Assembly: GCA_958296135.2 (NCBI GenBank)
Contig: CATQHZ020000001.1
Location: 2,016,001 to 2,080,000, forward strand
Source of the DNA: an uncultured Poribacteria bacterium
Lineage (GTDB): Bacteria; Poribacteria; WGA-4E; WGA-3G
Length of the DNA: 64,000 bases
Direction: 5' to 3'
Part shown: one piece after another, positions 37,675 through 47,423 of the stretch
Layout: each line of letters begins with the position of its first letter
Numbering within the stretch: the first letter of the stretch is position 1
The notes under the pieces: generated by a model
What the model saw: the letters and a program-made list of their open reading frames with translations, nothing else
What the model was told of the DNA's origin: nothing
Database searches by the model: none
Position numbers and translations under genes: made by a program

Positions 37675-39243
37675 TTACATGAGCGAGATTTGTCGCAGAA
37701 ACTCGGTGTCGGGAGGCCCGTCAAAAATCAGTTCGCCTTCCCGAAGTAGCAGCACCCGGTCGGCGTATGTCAGCGTGAGTTGCGCATCGTGCGTGGCGAA
37801 GATGAGACTTCTGTTTTCTCGCTTGATTTCCACGCACAATTCGCGCATCAACTGATGCAGATGCTGCGCGTCCTGCCCGGTTGTCGGTTCGTCAAGCAGA
37901 AAGAGTTCGGGGTAAAGTGAGAAGTTTGCCGCGACAGCGACGCGCTGTCGTTGCCCGCGTGAAAGCGAATAAGGTGCCTCTGAGGCAAGTCCCCCCAGGT
38001 CAAATCGCGAGAGGGTATCGGCTACTCGGTTTTGGAGGAGTTTCGGGGCTACCTTGAGATTTTTCGGGCCAAAAGCCACCTCATCGGCAACAGTTTCGGC
38101 TTGCAATAGCAAATCTGGATTCTGGAAGACGATGCCCACTTTTCCGGCGAGTTGGTGGGGTTTGGGACGCTTCTTTCGGGTTACGTTTCTATCTCCAATG
38201 CGGAGCTCGCCATCTGTCAGGCGAAGCAGGCCCGCCATGAGATGAATTAAGGTTGTTTTTCCGGAGCCGTTCGCGCCCATGACAGCTACCACTTCGCCAC
38301 GGCAGACCTCGTAGGAAATCGGCTTCAACGCAGGAGCATCGGTGTTTGGATAACGGAAACTGACGTTGCAGACGCTGAGCAATCGGGACCGGGAAGATGC
38401 GTCTGCGCGTCGATACCGGGACACCTCGCCTGCAGAAGAGCGACATCGGGACCGGGAGATTGCTGCTACGTTTCGATAGCGGGCGGACTCTCCCACTGGG
38501 ATTTCAGGGACTTGCACCCCTAAACGGTGATAGGGCCCTGAATCGGAGAATGCCTCATCCTTCGGTTTATCCAAGCAGAGCTCACCCTCAGCCATGAGCC
38601 AGACCCGGGTGCATAACGGCGCAACCTCGGCGGTTCGGTGCGTCGCTAAAATCGTTGTAACTCCCAAATCGGTATTCAGTCGTTTGACGATGCTGAGGAT
38701 GTCCTTGGTCCCGCGAAAATCGAGGTGGCTTGTCGGTTCATCAAGGAGGAGCACCTTCGGTTGCATCGCGCAGAAGCAGGCAAGCGCGACGCGCTGTTTT
38801 TCGCCGCCGGAGAGTTCTGAAATCCGCCGTTCTCGGAAGCCTTGCAACCCGACTTGTGCGAGTGCCGCGTCAATGCACGGCGCAACCTGTTCAGGTGGGA
38901 AGCCGAAGTTTTCTAGTCCAAACGCGATTTCGTCTTCAACGCGCGCGCAAAAGAGTTGTTCGTCAGGATTTTGGAATAAAAGTCCCACCTGCCTACACGT
39001 TACTGCGAGCGGCTGCGCCGCCACATTTTTCCCGCTGAGAAGAACGCTGCCACTGAGCGTTCCTGCTGAGGAATGTGGGATTAAGCCGTTCATCGTGCGC
39101 AGCAACGTGGATTTACCGCAGCCTGTCGGGCCGGTGAGCAACACGAAATCGCCGGATGCAACGGTGGCACTGATGCCACGGAGCGTCGGTGTCTCACGAC
39201 TCGGATAGGTAAAACGGAGATTCTCTATCTCAATAGGCAGCAT
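37675..39243 (-). CDS. ECF transporter fused double ATPase; linker made of decayed REP copies
   Basis: Two NBDs (GPTGCGKST/LSGGEKQR and GANGSGKTT/LSRGQRQR), FQNPD twice. Confidence 0.9.
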   Translation of the reverse strand: MLPIEIENLRFTYPSRETPTLRGISATVASGDFVLLTGPTGCGKSTLLRTMNGLIPHSSAGTLSGSVLLSGKNVAAQPLAVTCRQVGLLFQNPDEQLFCARVEDEIAFGLENFGFPPEQVAPCIDAALAQVGLQGFRERRISELSGGEKQRVALACFCAMQPKVLLLDEPTSHLDFRGTKDILSIVKRLNTDLGVTTILATHRTAEVAPLCTRVWLMAEGELCLDKPKDEAFSDSGPYHRLGVQVPEIPVGESARYRNVAAISRSRCRSSAGEVSRYRRADASSRSRLLSVCNVSFRYPNTDAPALKPISYEVCRGEVVAVMGANGSGKTTLIHLMAGLLRLTDGELRIGDRNVTRKKRPKPHQLAGKVGIVFQNPDLLLQAETVADEVAFGPKNLKVAPKLLQNRVADTLSRFDLGGLASEAPYSLSRGQRQRVAVAANFSLYPELFLLDEPTTGQDAQHLHQLMRELCVEIKRENRSLIFATHDAQLTLTYADRVLLLREGELIFDGPPDTEFLRQISLM

Positions 39244-39272
39244 AAAGCTCCCCAACAGACTCAAGAGGCATG

Positions 39273-39458
39273 TTATGGCACCGGAATCTCCAAATCTCTA
39301 CAGAGTTTCCTCACTAGAAATTTGTTTAATTCCCGGTGGCGTGGCACGGGAGCACTCTTCCGGATTCCTCGATTAACGTAGATAGTATGATTGCCTCCCT
39401 CGCGGAGGAACTCACAACCCTTCTTTTCAAGGTGCCGGATCAACTCACGTCTTTTCAT
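39273..39458 (-). CDS. hicA: HicA family toxin (mRNA interferase)
   Basis: MKRRELIRHL...REGGNHTIY...VPRH motif. Confidence 0.85.
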   Translation of the reverse strand: MKRRELIRHLEKKGCEFLREGGNHTIYVNRGIRKSAPVPRHRELNKFLVRKLCRDLEIPVP

Positions 39459-39672
39459 GACAGACAGAGATAGGTTCGCGAATAACCTCTTGCATCTCTG
39501 CGATGTATTCTTCGGCAAGCGTCCGGTTCGCCTCAAGCGTTAACGCAATTGCCTCGTGAAGATTCGCACGCGCTTCCTCAAGCGTTCTTCCTTGCGTATT
39601 CGCGCCCGGCAATTCTTCGACAAACCCGACGTACCCTTCGGGAACTTTCTTAAAAACAGCGTTGAATTGCAT
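39445..39672 (-). CDS. hicB: HicB family antitoxin (short form)
   Basis: GYVGFVEELPGANTQGRTLEEARANLHEAI. Confidence 0.85.
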   Translation of the reverse strand: MQFNAVFKKVPEGYVGFVEELPGANTQGRTLEEARANLHEAIALTLEANRTLAEEYIAEMQEVIREPISVCHEKT

Positions 39673-39709
39673 CGAAAGTCTCCTCATACGGGGTTTCATC
39701 TCCGCCTGC

Positions 39710-41695
39710 TTACGACTGCAGCTCTTCAATTTGCACGGGGACGCACCCGAAAAGTTGTTCTAAATGCCGCGTGATGGACTCCTGAAAAGCGTCAAACGTC
39801 TCTTGGACGTTCTGCTTGAAGTCGTCGTGCAGTTGTTCGTGCTGTGCGCGGACGCGGGCGAATAGGTTCTGCACGTAAGCCTGCACTTCACCGAGCCTGT
39901 CGCTCTGCGCCTTCGCGAAGCCGGAAACCGTAGCCTTGAACGCGCTGAACTCCGCCTCCAAGTATTCCTGGAACACCGATGTCTGGAATCCGGCGAGTGC
40001 GTCATGCGCCGCGTATCGGAAGTCCTCATGAATCGTCTCGTACTCCGCTTTGACGCGGGTAAAGAGTTGCTGCGCGTATTGATTCACTTCGCCCATCCAT
40101 TCGTCTTGCGTCTTGGCGAATTGCGCGATGTGCGCCTTGAACGCGTCCATTTCGCTGGCGAGGAGGTTCCGGAAATCCTCAACAGCGACGGTGTGGCGCG
40201 TCATTTTCTCCAGATGGTAGCCCATGACAGCAAACCGCACTGCCTCCGGTAACATCGCACGATGGTCTTTCAGCACCTTCGCGAGGTACCGGACATAAGA
40301 GGGCCCCTGTTTCGAGAAAAGTTGCCGTTGGATGGAGCGGAAAAATCCGATGAGCTCCATTTTACCGACACTTCTGACACTATGCCCGGTCGGACGCATG
40401 TGCTTTAAGAGCGTGAGGCACCGGTCGAAATAGTTTTTCAGCGTCGGATCATAGAGCGTCGAGATAACCCGGCCGTATTCGGAGATGAGTTTCTCGCGCG
40501 GCATCTCTGGGACGAAATTCAGCGTCATGTCGGTGTTATTGCCGCTGGATTCCACGAGGAGCCGGTCCTCCTGTTTTAGGCGGTGCCAGAGGTCTGTCTC
40601 TTTCAACGCTGTCAGCAGGCCCGCCATCGCCATGGGGATGCCAGCTTCTTGAATGAAGTCAATGTGCGAGTCAAACTCCGTGTCGCCATCAAGGCCGATG
40701 ATGAACCCGCCGGTGACTTCCATGCCCTTGCTCTGAATTTTGCGCACGGCGCGGAGCAGGTAGCTGCCGGCATCCTCATCCTTGCTGGTGTTCTGTCCCT
40801 TGGAAGTGCTGAGGAGCGCGGCATCGTTCGGGCTCTCAATGCCGAGGAATACCATGTTAAACCCGGCATCGCTCATTGCGTCAAGCATCTCCGGGATTTC
40901 AACGAGGTTGACGCTCGCCTCGGTATAGAGCGAGAAGGGGAAGTTCCGTTTCTCCTGCCATTCGGTGACAGCAGGCAGCAAGCGCATGGCATCGCGCTTG
41001 TTGCCGATGAAGTTATCATCAACGACAAACATCGCGCCTTTCCAACCGAGTTGGTAAAGCAGCTCAAATTCCGAGAGCATCTGCTCGTTCGTCTTGGTGC
41101 GTGGCACGCGGCCGAACAACTTCGTGATGTCGCAGAATTCGCAGTTAAACGGGCATCCGCGCGAAAATTGGAGTGCCATCGAGCCGTAAGCACTGATATC
41201 AATCAGATCATAGCGTGGCATCGCTGCCAAGGTAATCGACGGTTTGCGCGCCTCGCGGTAGACATCCTTCGCGGTGCCGCTCTCAAAATCTGTTAAGAAC
41301 CCTTCAAACGTCTCTTCAACTTCGCCGAAGAGAAAATGGTCTACGGTGCCATCGCATTCTTCTCGGATGTTGTCATAGTAAGAAGTCGGGTGCGGTCCGC
41401 CCGCGACGACAGGCACGCCCGCGCGGTTACATCGCTGCACCACCTGATAAAACGATTCTTTCTGGACAATCATCGTTGAGGTGAGGACGACATCTGCCCA
41501 CTCCAGATGCGCCGCAGTCAGCGGTTCTATGTTCATATCAACGGCTTTCAGCCGATAATTCTTGGGGAACATCCCAGCAATCGTCAAGAGGCCGAGGGGC
41601 GGCATCGATGATTTTTTCCCGACGAAGTCTAAGGCGTATTTAAAACCCCAAAACGAGGGCGGAAACTCCGGATAAACAAATAAGGCATTTGGCAT
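39710..41695 (-). CDS. B12-binding radical SAM protein (DUF4070-type) with duplicated helical C-terminal extension
   Basis: PPLGLLT, GGPHPT, SRGCPFNCEFC, DDNFIGN, GIES. Confidence 0.88.
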   Translation of the reverse strand: MPNALFVYPEFPPSFWGFKYALDFVGKKSSMPPLGLLTIAGMFPKNYRLKAVDMNIEPLTAAHLEWADVVLTSTMIVQKESFYQVVQRCNRAGVPVVAGGPHPTSYYDNIREECDGTVDHFLFGEVEETFEGFLTDFESGTAKDVYREARKPSITLAAMPRYDLIDISAYGSMALQFSRGCPFNCEFCDITKLFGRVPRTKTNEQMLSEFELLYQLGWKGAMFVVDDNFIGNKRDAMRLLPAVTEWQEKRNFPFSLYTEASVNLVEIPEMLDAMSDAGFNMVFLGIESPNDAALLSTSKGQNTSKDEDAGSYLLRAVRKIQSKGMEVTGGFIIGLDGDTEFDSHIDFIQEAGIPMAMAGLLTALKETDLWHRLKQEDRLLVESSGNNTDMTLNFVPEMPREKLISEYGRVISTLYDPTLKNYFDRCLTLLKHMRPTGHSVRSVGKMELIGFFRSIQRQLFSKQGPSYVRYLAKVLKDHRAMLPEAVRFAVMGYHLEKMTRHTVAVEDFRNLLASEMDAFKAHIAQFAKTQDEWMGEVNQYAQQLFTRVKAEYETIHEDFRYAAHDALAGFQTSVFQEYLEAEFSAFKATVSGFAKAQSDRLGEVQAYVQNLFARVRAQHEQLHDDFKQNVQETFDAFQESITRHLEQLFGCVPVQIEELQS

Positions 41696-42111
41696 AATCT
41701 GTGTTCCTCTGCAACAGGACTGAGGCAAAATTCCATCATTACCCGTAGGCGCGCTTGCAAAGCACGCTCATCGTGACGTGCGCGTTTGATGAAGTTTTAG
41801 TATCAAAACGGACAATTGTCCTATCGGCGGTTTGCACATCTATTGCACCCGCCTGTCAGGGCGGATGTCTCTAGCCGCGCGTAGCCCGCGGAAAAAATGA
41901 GCCGTTTATTTCTTTAAACCTCATCAAAACGCCCCTACGGGGCCTATTTTGCGTCTATCCTATCCCATTTAATGCAAATTAAGCAAGTTTATATAATATA
42001 ATACCACATTTTACGCTTTTTAGCAAATTTATTTTTTTCAGTCAAAGTTTGGTTTGCATTGAAGGTGCCCCACGTGTTAAAATAGTCCCATAAAATACGA
42101 GATGGAGGACG

Positions 42112-43932
42112 TTGCTAGACACCATGATACGCGTGCACCTGTTGGCCCTGCTCAGTTTACTTTTTTATGCCACCGTTCCCAAAGTGATGTGCGAGGTTGA
42201 CAACGTTTCCACGCCTGCGGTGCAGCGTTACCATATTCGCCACATTCGCTTTGAAGGCAATGCACACCTCACTCGGCCAACGTTGGAAACCCATTTCGGG
42301 TTACAAGAAGGGAAAGCCTACGCCGGTGCCGAGATAGTGGCGGGTTTTGAGCGGATTGTCGCCGAATATCGGAAAGCGGGGTTTGTATTCGCGGAGATAA
42401 CGCCTGAAGTCGCCTCCCTTGCGGAAAAACAGGTATCCCTCGTCGCTAAAATCGTTGAAGGGAAACGCCTCCGCACCGGCGCGATAACGGTAAATTGGGA
42501 GCAACCGAATGCAATGCCTTTTTCTGAGGCCGATATTCGCCGGGAACTCGGTTTACGGGAAGGGCAATTTTTCACGCAGACTGTGCTGACGCGCGGCATT
42601 GAGAAAATTCACACCCTGTATAGCGAACACGGCTATCCCAAAATTGAGGTGGAGCCCACGGATTTTCAGTTTTCATCGGAGAAAGGCACCGTTGATTTTC
42701 AATTGCATGTCCGAGCGGGGGCACAAATTCGCATCGGTGAGGTAAAAGTCAGCGGACTGAAGAAGACGAAAGAGGCTGTGGTGCTACGCGAAATTCCGCT
42801 CAAACCCAACGAACGCTTCGATCAGCGCAAGATTGATACCAGTTACCGCCGCTTGCGAAATTTAGGCTACTTCTATCAAATTAACCCCAATGTGCTGGAG
42901 GCAGCTGAAGCGGACGACACGATTAACTTTCACGCGCGGGTAACCGAAGCGCGCACCGGCAGACTAAGCGGTGTCATCGGTTACGCGCCGCCGGACTCAG
43001 AAGCAGATAGCGCGCCGCAACTCACCGGCGTGTTTGAGGCACGCGAAACGAATCTATTGGGCACCGGCAGACAAGTCAACTTCTACTGGAAAACCGGCTT
43101 GCGTAGCACCTTGCGATTCGGCTATGAGGAACCGTGGATATTGGGTAAACCGATAGCCATCGGTGTAGCATACGGGCAGCTCACACAGCGCAATCCTTAC
43201 ACAGAAAGTGAATCCGAAGAGCAATTTGCCAGTCTGAGCGGCCGAACCAATTTCGGGAGAGTCTTTGAGGGCGTTTTGACGCTCGGGTATAAGCGTATCA
43301 ACGTTCCGAATACTAGTTTTCCCACAGAAAGTGAGAATGGTTTTCTATACCCGCCCGATACAACTCTATCAGAGCCAGCGGCTTACAGCGGCACGAAATA
43401 TAGCCTCACGCTTCAGTTAACACGAGATACCCGCGACTACTTCCTGAACCCGACCCGGGGCAGGCGCGACAGCATCGCCTTTGAAATTTCGCGCAGCGAC
43501 TTCCGGCTCCGCAAAGTCTGGCTCTCTCTACAACAATATTTTCCGACGTGGCGGAAGCAGACGGTCGCGATAGAGTTGCACGGTGCCGCCGCCTGGGGCA
43601 GGAACATCCCGCCGACTGAACTTTTCTACCTCGGCGGCGCGAACACTTTGCGCGGTTACGATGAGGATTGGTTTGCCGGCCCCCGCCGAGTCTATGCCAC
43701 CCTAGAATATCGGTTTCTCATTGGACAGACATCGCAGGTGTTCGCTTTCACTGATGTGGGCGCGGTAACCTTGATAGAACAGCCCTCCGTTTTCGACAGA
43801 CTGCGGGTAGGCTATGGACTCGGCGTACGGCTTGAATCGAAGGGCGGCATCCTACGCATGGATTATGGGCTCGCCGCTGGCGATTCGGCATTGCGAGGGA
43901 AGATTCATGTTAATCTCGGCGCAGCGTTTTAA
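42112..43932 (+). CDS. Omp85/BamA-TamA family outer membrane protein with POTRA domains
   Basis: POTRA-like repeats, NLLGTG, FYLGGANTLRGY, C-terminal F. Confidence 0.88.
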   Translation: MLDTMIRVHLLALLSLLFYATVPKVMCEVDNVSTPAVQRYHIRHIRFEGNAHLTRPTLETHFGLQEGKAYAGAEIVAGFERIVAEYRKAGFVFAEITPEVASLAEKQVSLVAKIVEGKRLRTGAITVNWEQPNAMPFSEADIRRELGLREGQFFTQTVLTRGIEKIHTLYSEHGYPKIEVEPTDFQFSSEKGTVDFQLHVRAGAQIRIGEVKVSGLKKTKEAVVLREIPLKPNERFDQRKIDTSYRRLRNLGYFYQINPNVLEAAEADDTINFHARVTEARTGRLSGVIGYAPPDSEADSAPQLTGVFEARETNLLGTGRQVNFYWKTGLRSTLRFGYEEPWILGKPIAIGVAYGQLTQRNPYTESESEEQFASLSGRTNFGRVFEGVLTLGYKRINVPNTSFPTESENGFLYPPDTTLSEPAAYSGTKYSLTLQLTRDTRDYFLNPTRGRRDSIAFEISRSDFRLRKVWLSLQQYFPTWRKQTVAIELHGAAAWGRNIPPTELFYLGGANTLRGYDEDWFAGPRRVYATLEYRFLIGQTSQVFAFTDVGAVTLIEQPSVFDRLRVGYGLGVRLESKGGILRMDYGLAAGDSALRGKIHVNLGAAF

Positions 43933-43937
43933 AGGGG

Positions 43938-43966
43938 TTGACAAAAGCCGAAATTTGTGGTATACT
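43938..43966 (+). promoter_or_regulatory. sigma70-type promoter
   Basis: TTGACA-N17-TATACT with TG extension. Confidence 0.75.
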
Positions 43967-44016
43967 ATATTCTGTTCAGAACACACAGTAGTGTTTTGCA
44001 CAAAAGGAGGACATCC

Positions 44017-44223
44017 ATGCTCAATGTCAATCCTAGATACTTGGTGAATGCCAAAGGACGGAAGACTGCGGTTGTTCTATCAATGAAGGCATATCGCCTT
44101 CTGATGGAACACATTGAGGATTTAGAGGATACGCTGGAAATGGATGCCGCGGTTAGGACTGAGACAGAATTTCAGGACTATCGCGAAATTCGAGCCGAGT
44201 TGAAAGCAGCGGGAAAACTTTGA
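44017..44223 (+). CDS. Small antitoxin-like protein
   Basis: RYLVNAKGRKTAVVLSMKAY...IEDLED pattern; RBS aggagg. Confidence 0.6.
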   Translation: MLNVNPRYLVNAKGRKTAVVLSMKAYRLLMEHIEDLEDTLEMDAAVRTETEFQDYREIRAELKAAGKL

Positions 44224-44343
44224 GCTCACCGGCGATTTATACCGTCAAGCTAAACGACAATTGCGGTGCAGGCAGAACCGAACACCGCTTTTGATTGAAC
44301 CGTAGGCGCGCTTTCCAAGCGCGCTGTTCAAAAGGAGAAGTGA

Positions 44344-46137
44344 ATGACAAACAACAAGAAACTGCGCAGTTGGGTTGAAGAAACCGCACAACTGTGCCAA
44401 CCCGATAACATCTATTGGTGCGATGGCTCACAAGAAGAGAATGAACGGCTGTGCGAGGAACTCGTCCAAAAAGGCACCTTTGTTCGGTTGGATCCGGCGA
44501 AGCGGCCTGGAAGTTATCTCGCGCGCTCGAACCCGGAAGATGTCGCCCGCGTGGAAGGCCGCACCTTCATCTGCGCGAACACCCCAACTGAGGCAGGACC
44601 GACTAACAATTGGCACGATGCAGACGAGATGAAAGCCACCTTAACAGGGCTCTTTAAAGGATGCATGAAGGGCAGAACGATGTATGTTGTGCCGTTCAGC
44701 ATGGGCCCGCTCGGTTCGCCGATTTCGCAGATTGGGGTGGAGATTAGCGATTCGCCCTACGTCGTTGTCAATATGCGGATTATGACGCGCATGGGCAGCA
44801 CGGTGTTAGATGTCCTCGGCGCAGATGGCGATTTTGTGCCGTGCTTACACTCTGTCGGCATGCCACTAGAAGAAGGACAGGAGGATGTCGTCTGGCCGTG
44901 CAATCCGGACAACAAATACATCGTCCATTTTCCGGAGGAACGTTCGATCTGGTCCTTCGGCAGCGGCTATGGCGGCAACGCGCTGCTCGGTAAAAAATGC
45001 TACGCGCTCCGCATCGCATCCGTGATGGCGAAAAATGACGGCTGGATGGCGGAACACATGCTGATTGTCGGCTTGACAAGCCCTGAAGGCGAAAAGACTT
45101 ACGTCGCAGCGGCGTTCCCGAGTGCGTGTGGCAAAACGAACCTCGCCATGCTCACACCAACGATTCCGGGGTGGAAGGCAGAGTGCATCGGGGATGATAT
45201 TGCTTGGATGAAATTTGGCGATGACGGCCGGCTCTACGCCATCAACCCCGAAGCAGGCTTCTTCGGTGTCGCCCCCGGCACCTCGATGCACACCAACCCG
45301 AACGCGATGCACACCTTGGCATCCAATTCTATCTTTACGAACGCCGCCCTCACCCCTGACACCGATGTCTGGTGGGAAGAACAGACTGATGAACCGCCCG
45401 AGACCTTAACAAGTTGGCTCGGCGAAGAGTGGCACCCCAGCGATGAAAAGACAGCAGCGCATCCGAACGCGCGGTATACGACACCTGCATCGCAGTGCCC
45501 CATCATCGATGCGAACTGGGAGAGCCCAACCGGGGTTCCCATCTCGGCGATTCTCTTCGGCGGCAGACGTGCAACGACGGTGCCGCTCGTCTATGAGGCG
45601 TTCAATTGGCAGCACGGCACGTTTATCGGCTCCGCGATGTCTTCTGAACGCACCGCCGCCGCCGCAGGCACAGTCGGCGAACTCCGACGCGACCCGATGG
45701 CGATGCTCCCCTTCTGCGGCTATAACATGGGTGACTACTTCACACACTGGTTGCAAATGGGGAAAAGCACCGATGAAAGCAAGCTGCCGAAAATTTTCTA
45801 CGTCAATTGGTTCCGGAAGGATGCCGATGGCGGGTGGCTGTGGCCCGGATTCGGCGAAAATAGCCGCGTGCTGAAGTGGATTGTTGAGCGCGTCATCGGG
45901 AAAGCGGAAGCGGTTGAAACACCGATTGGTTACCTGCCTGCCCCCAGCGCGATTGACACGCACGGCTTAGATGTCACCGAAGAGCAAATGGCGGAGCTGC
46001 TGAACGTTGATATTGAAGAGTGGCTGAACGAAATTGACTCCATTCGGGAGCATTATGAACGTTTCGGCGACCGGTTGCCGGCGGCGTTATCGGAAGAACT
46101 AAAGGCACTGGAAGCGCGGTTGCGTGAGAGCCGCTAA
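44344..46137 (+). CDS. pckG: Phosphoenolpyruvate carboxykinase (GTP)
   Basis: [34 protein letters not shown] and [13 protein letters not shown] motifs. Confidence 0.96.
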   Translation: MTNNKKLRSWVEETAQLCQPDNIYWCDGSQEENERLCEELVQKGTFVRLDPAKRPGSYLARSNPEDVARVEGRTFICANTPTEAGPTNNWHDADEMKATLTGLFKGCMKGRTMYVVPFSMGPLGSPISQIGVEISDSPYVVVNMRIMTRMGSTVLDVLGADGDFVPCLHSVGMPLEEGQEDVVWPCNPDNKYIVHFPEERSIWSFGSGYGGNALLGKKCYALRIASVMAKNDGWMAEHMLIVGLTSPEGEKTYVAAAFPSACGKTNLAMLTPTIPGWKAECIGDDIAWMKFGDDGRLYAINPEAGFFGVAPGTSMHTNPNAMHTLASNSIFTNAALTPDTDVWWEEQTDEPPETLTSWLGEEWHPSDEKTAAHPNARYTTPASQCPIIDANWESPTGVPISAILFGGRRATTVPLVYEAFNWQHGTFIGSAMSSERTAAAAGTVGELRRDPMAMLPFCGYNMGDYFTHWLQMGKSTDESKLPKIFYVNWFRKDADGGWLWPGFGENSRVLKWIVERVIGKAEAVETPIGYLPAPSAIDTHGLDVTEEQMAELLNVDIEEWLNEIDSIREHYERFGDRLPAALSEELKALEARLRESR

Positions 46138-46310
46138 TCTGGCAAACTAAGCATCTGTAGTTTGCGCTCGTCTATCGCAAATGTCGCAAATATGTCAAGA
46201 CCGCGTGGCACACGTGACAGCGCTTCAGACGCGCTCCACCTAGGGCGGCGAAACGAATCAAATGAATTTCATATAAAGCGTTGTGCACGATTGCTTAGGA
46301 GGAGTTGACG

Positions 46311-47198
46311 ATGGAAGACAACTATCGCGTTGCACCGCCAGGATTCACACCGGCGCAATGGCAGACGTTTAACGAAGACGGCATCATCTTCATTGAGGAT
46401 GCACTCTCTGAGGAAGACATTGATGCCTATATTGACGCAATCGACCGGGTGGCGACGACGCACCCGAAGTATACCCAAGGCGGGTATCTCGGCATGGAGA
46501 ACATTGTTGAACGTGACAAGGTTTTCGCAGGCCTGATCGATCATTCGCGACATGTCGGTTTCGCCTATGATCTGTTCGGCGAACTGCTGAAACTCCATCA
46601 GAGCCAGTTTTTCTTGCGGCCGCCGGGCGGCAAGCAGTATAATCAGTGGCACCCCGATGGCGCGCGGGCCCTACCCTACGGCGTGTTTTCACCGAAACTG
46701 CCGCTGCAAATCAAAATTGGGTATTGGCTCACCGGGCTGCCGCGGGAGAAAATGGGCAATCTGGTGGTGTTACCGGGTAGCCATCGGCAGCAGTATATGG
46801 ACGGCTACGATACGCACAAGAGCCTTCCGGGCGAGAAAGTCCTCTGTCCGCGCAAAGGCACGATGACGGTGATGCACTCCAGCATCTGGCATCGCGTGGA
46901 GCCGAATGAGAGCAATGTGGTGCGTTACAACATCTTCATCGCGTATTGTCCATCGTGGGTGACACCGGCAGACCGGTTTCATTCCTCACCGGAATGGCTG
47001 GGGACGTTGAACCGCGAGCAGCGCATCATTATGCGGAGTTATTCGCATGCGTATCACAACGCGAAGCCGCCCGCGTCAGATTTCCCGCTCTTTTTAGCAC
47101 GGGAGACAGGTACGGAGACAGATGCCGGGGCGTATCAGCCGCACGTCCAACTGCATCGCCGCAAACGGCAGACGATGCACGAGCAGCTCTCTCGGTAG
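46311..47198 (+). CDS. Phytanoyl-CoA dioxygenase (PhyH) family protein
   Basis: WHPD, GNLVVLPGSH and IWH motifs. Confidence 0.85.
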   Translation: MEDNYRVAPPGFTPAQWQTFNEDGIIFIEDALSEEDIDAYIDAIDRVATTHPKYTQGGYLGMENIVERDKVFAGLIDHSRHVGFAYDLFGELLKLHQSQFFLRPPGGKQYNQWHPDGARALPYGVFSPKLPLQIKIGYWLTGLPREKMGNLVVLPGSHRQQYMDGYDTHKSLPGEKVLCPRKGTMTVMHSSIWHRVEPNESNVVRYNIFIAYCPSWVTPADRFHSSPEWLGTLNREQRIIMRSYSHAYHNAKPPASDFPLFLARETGTETDAGAYQPHVQLHRRKRQTMHEQLSR

Positions 47199-47253
47199 GA
47201 GAGCCCTCCCGCGCCCCGATGCCCCCGATAGGCGCGCTTTCAAAGCGCGCCTT
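47195..47253 (+). repeat. REP family A + family C pair overlapping the stop codon
   Basis: GTAGGAGAGCCCTCCCG... followed by AGGCGCGCTTTCAAAGCGCGCCT. Confidence 0.8.
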
Positions 47254-47423
47254 GGCATCGGAAGTTTCATCACAATGCACAACGCCTAGTAGATGCCCGA
47301 GGCTGAGCGCGAAGCGTTTGTGAATACCTTAATCCATGAAAACCTCTATAGTTTGCGCTCGCTAGATAACAGTTTGGGCTCAGGCGAGCTCAAACGACGA
47401 CAGCGCGCGAGAGAACAGACGCT

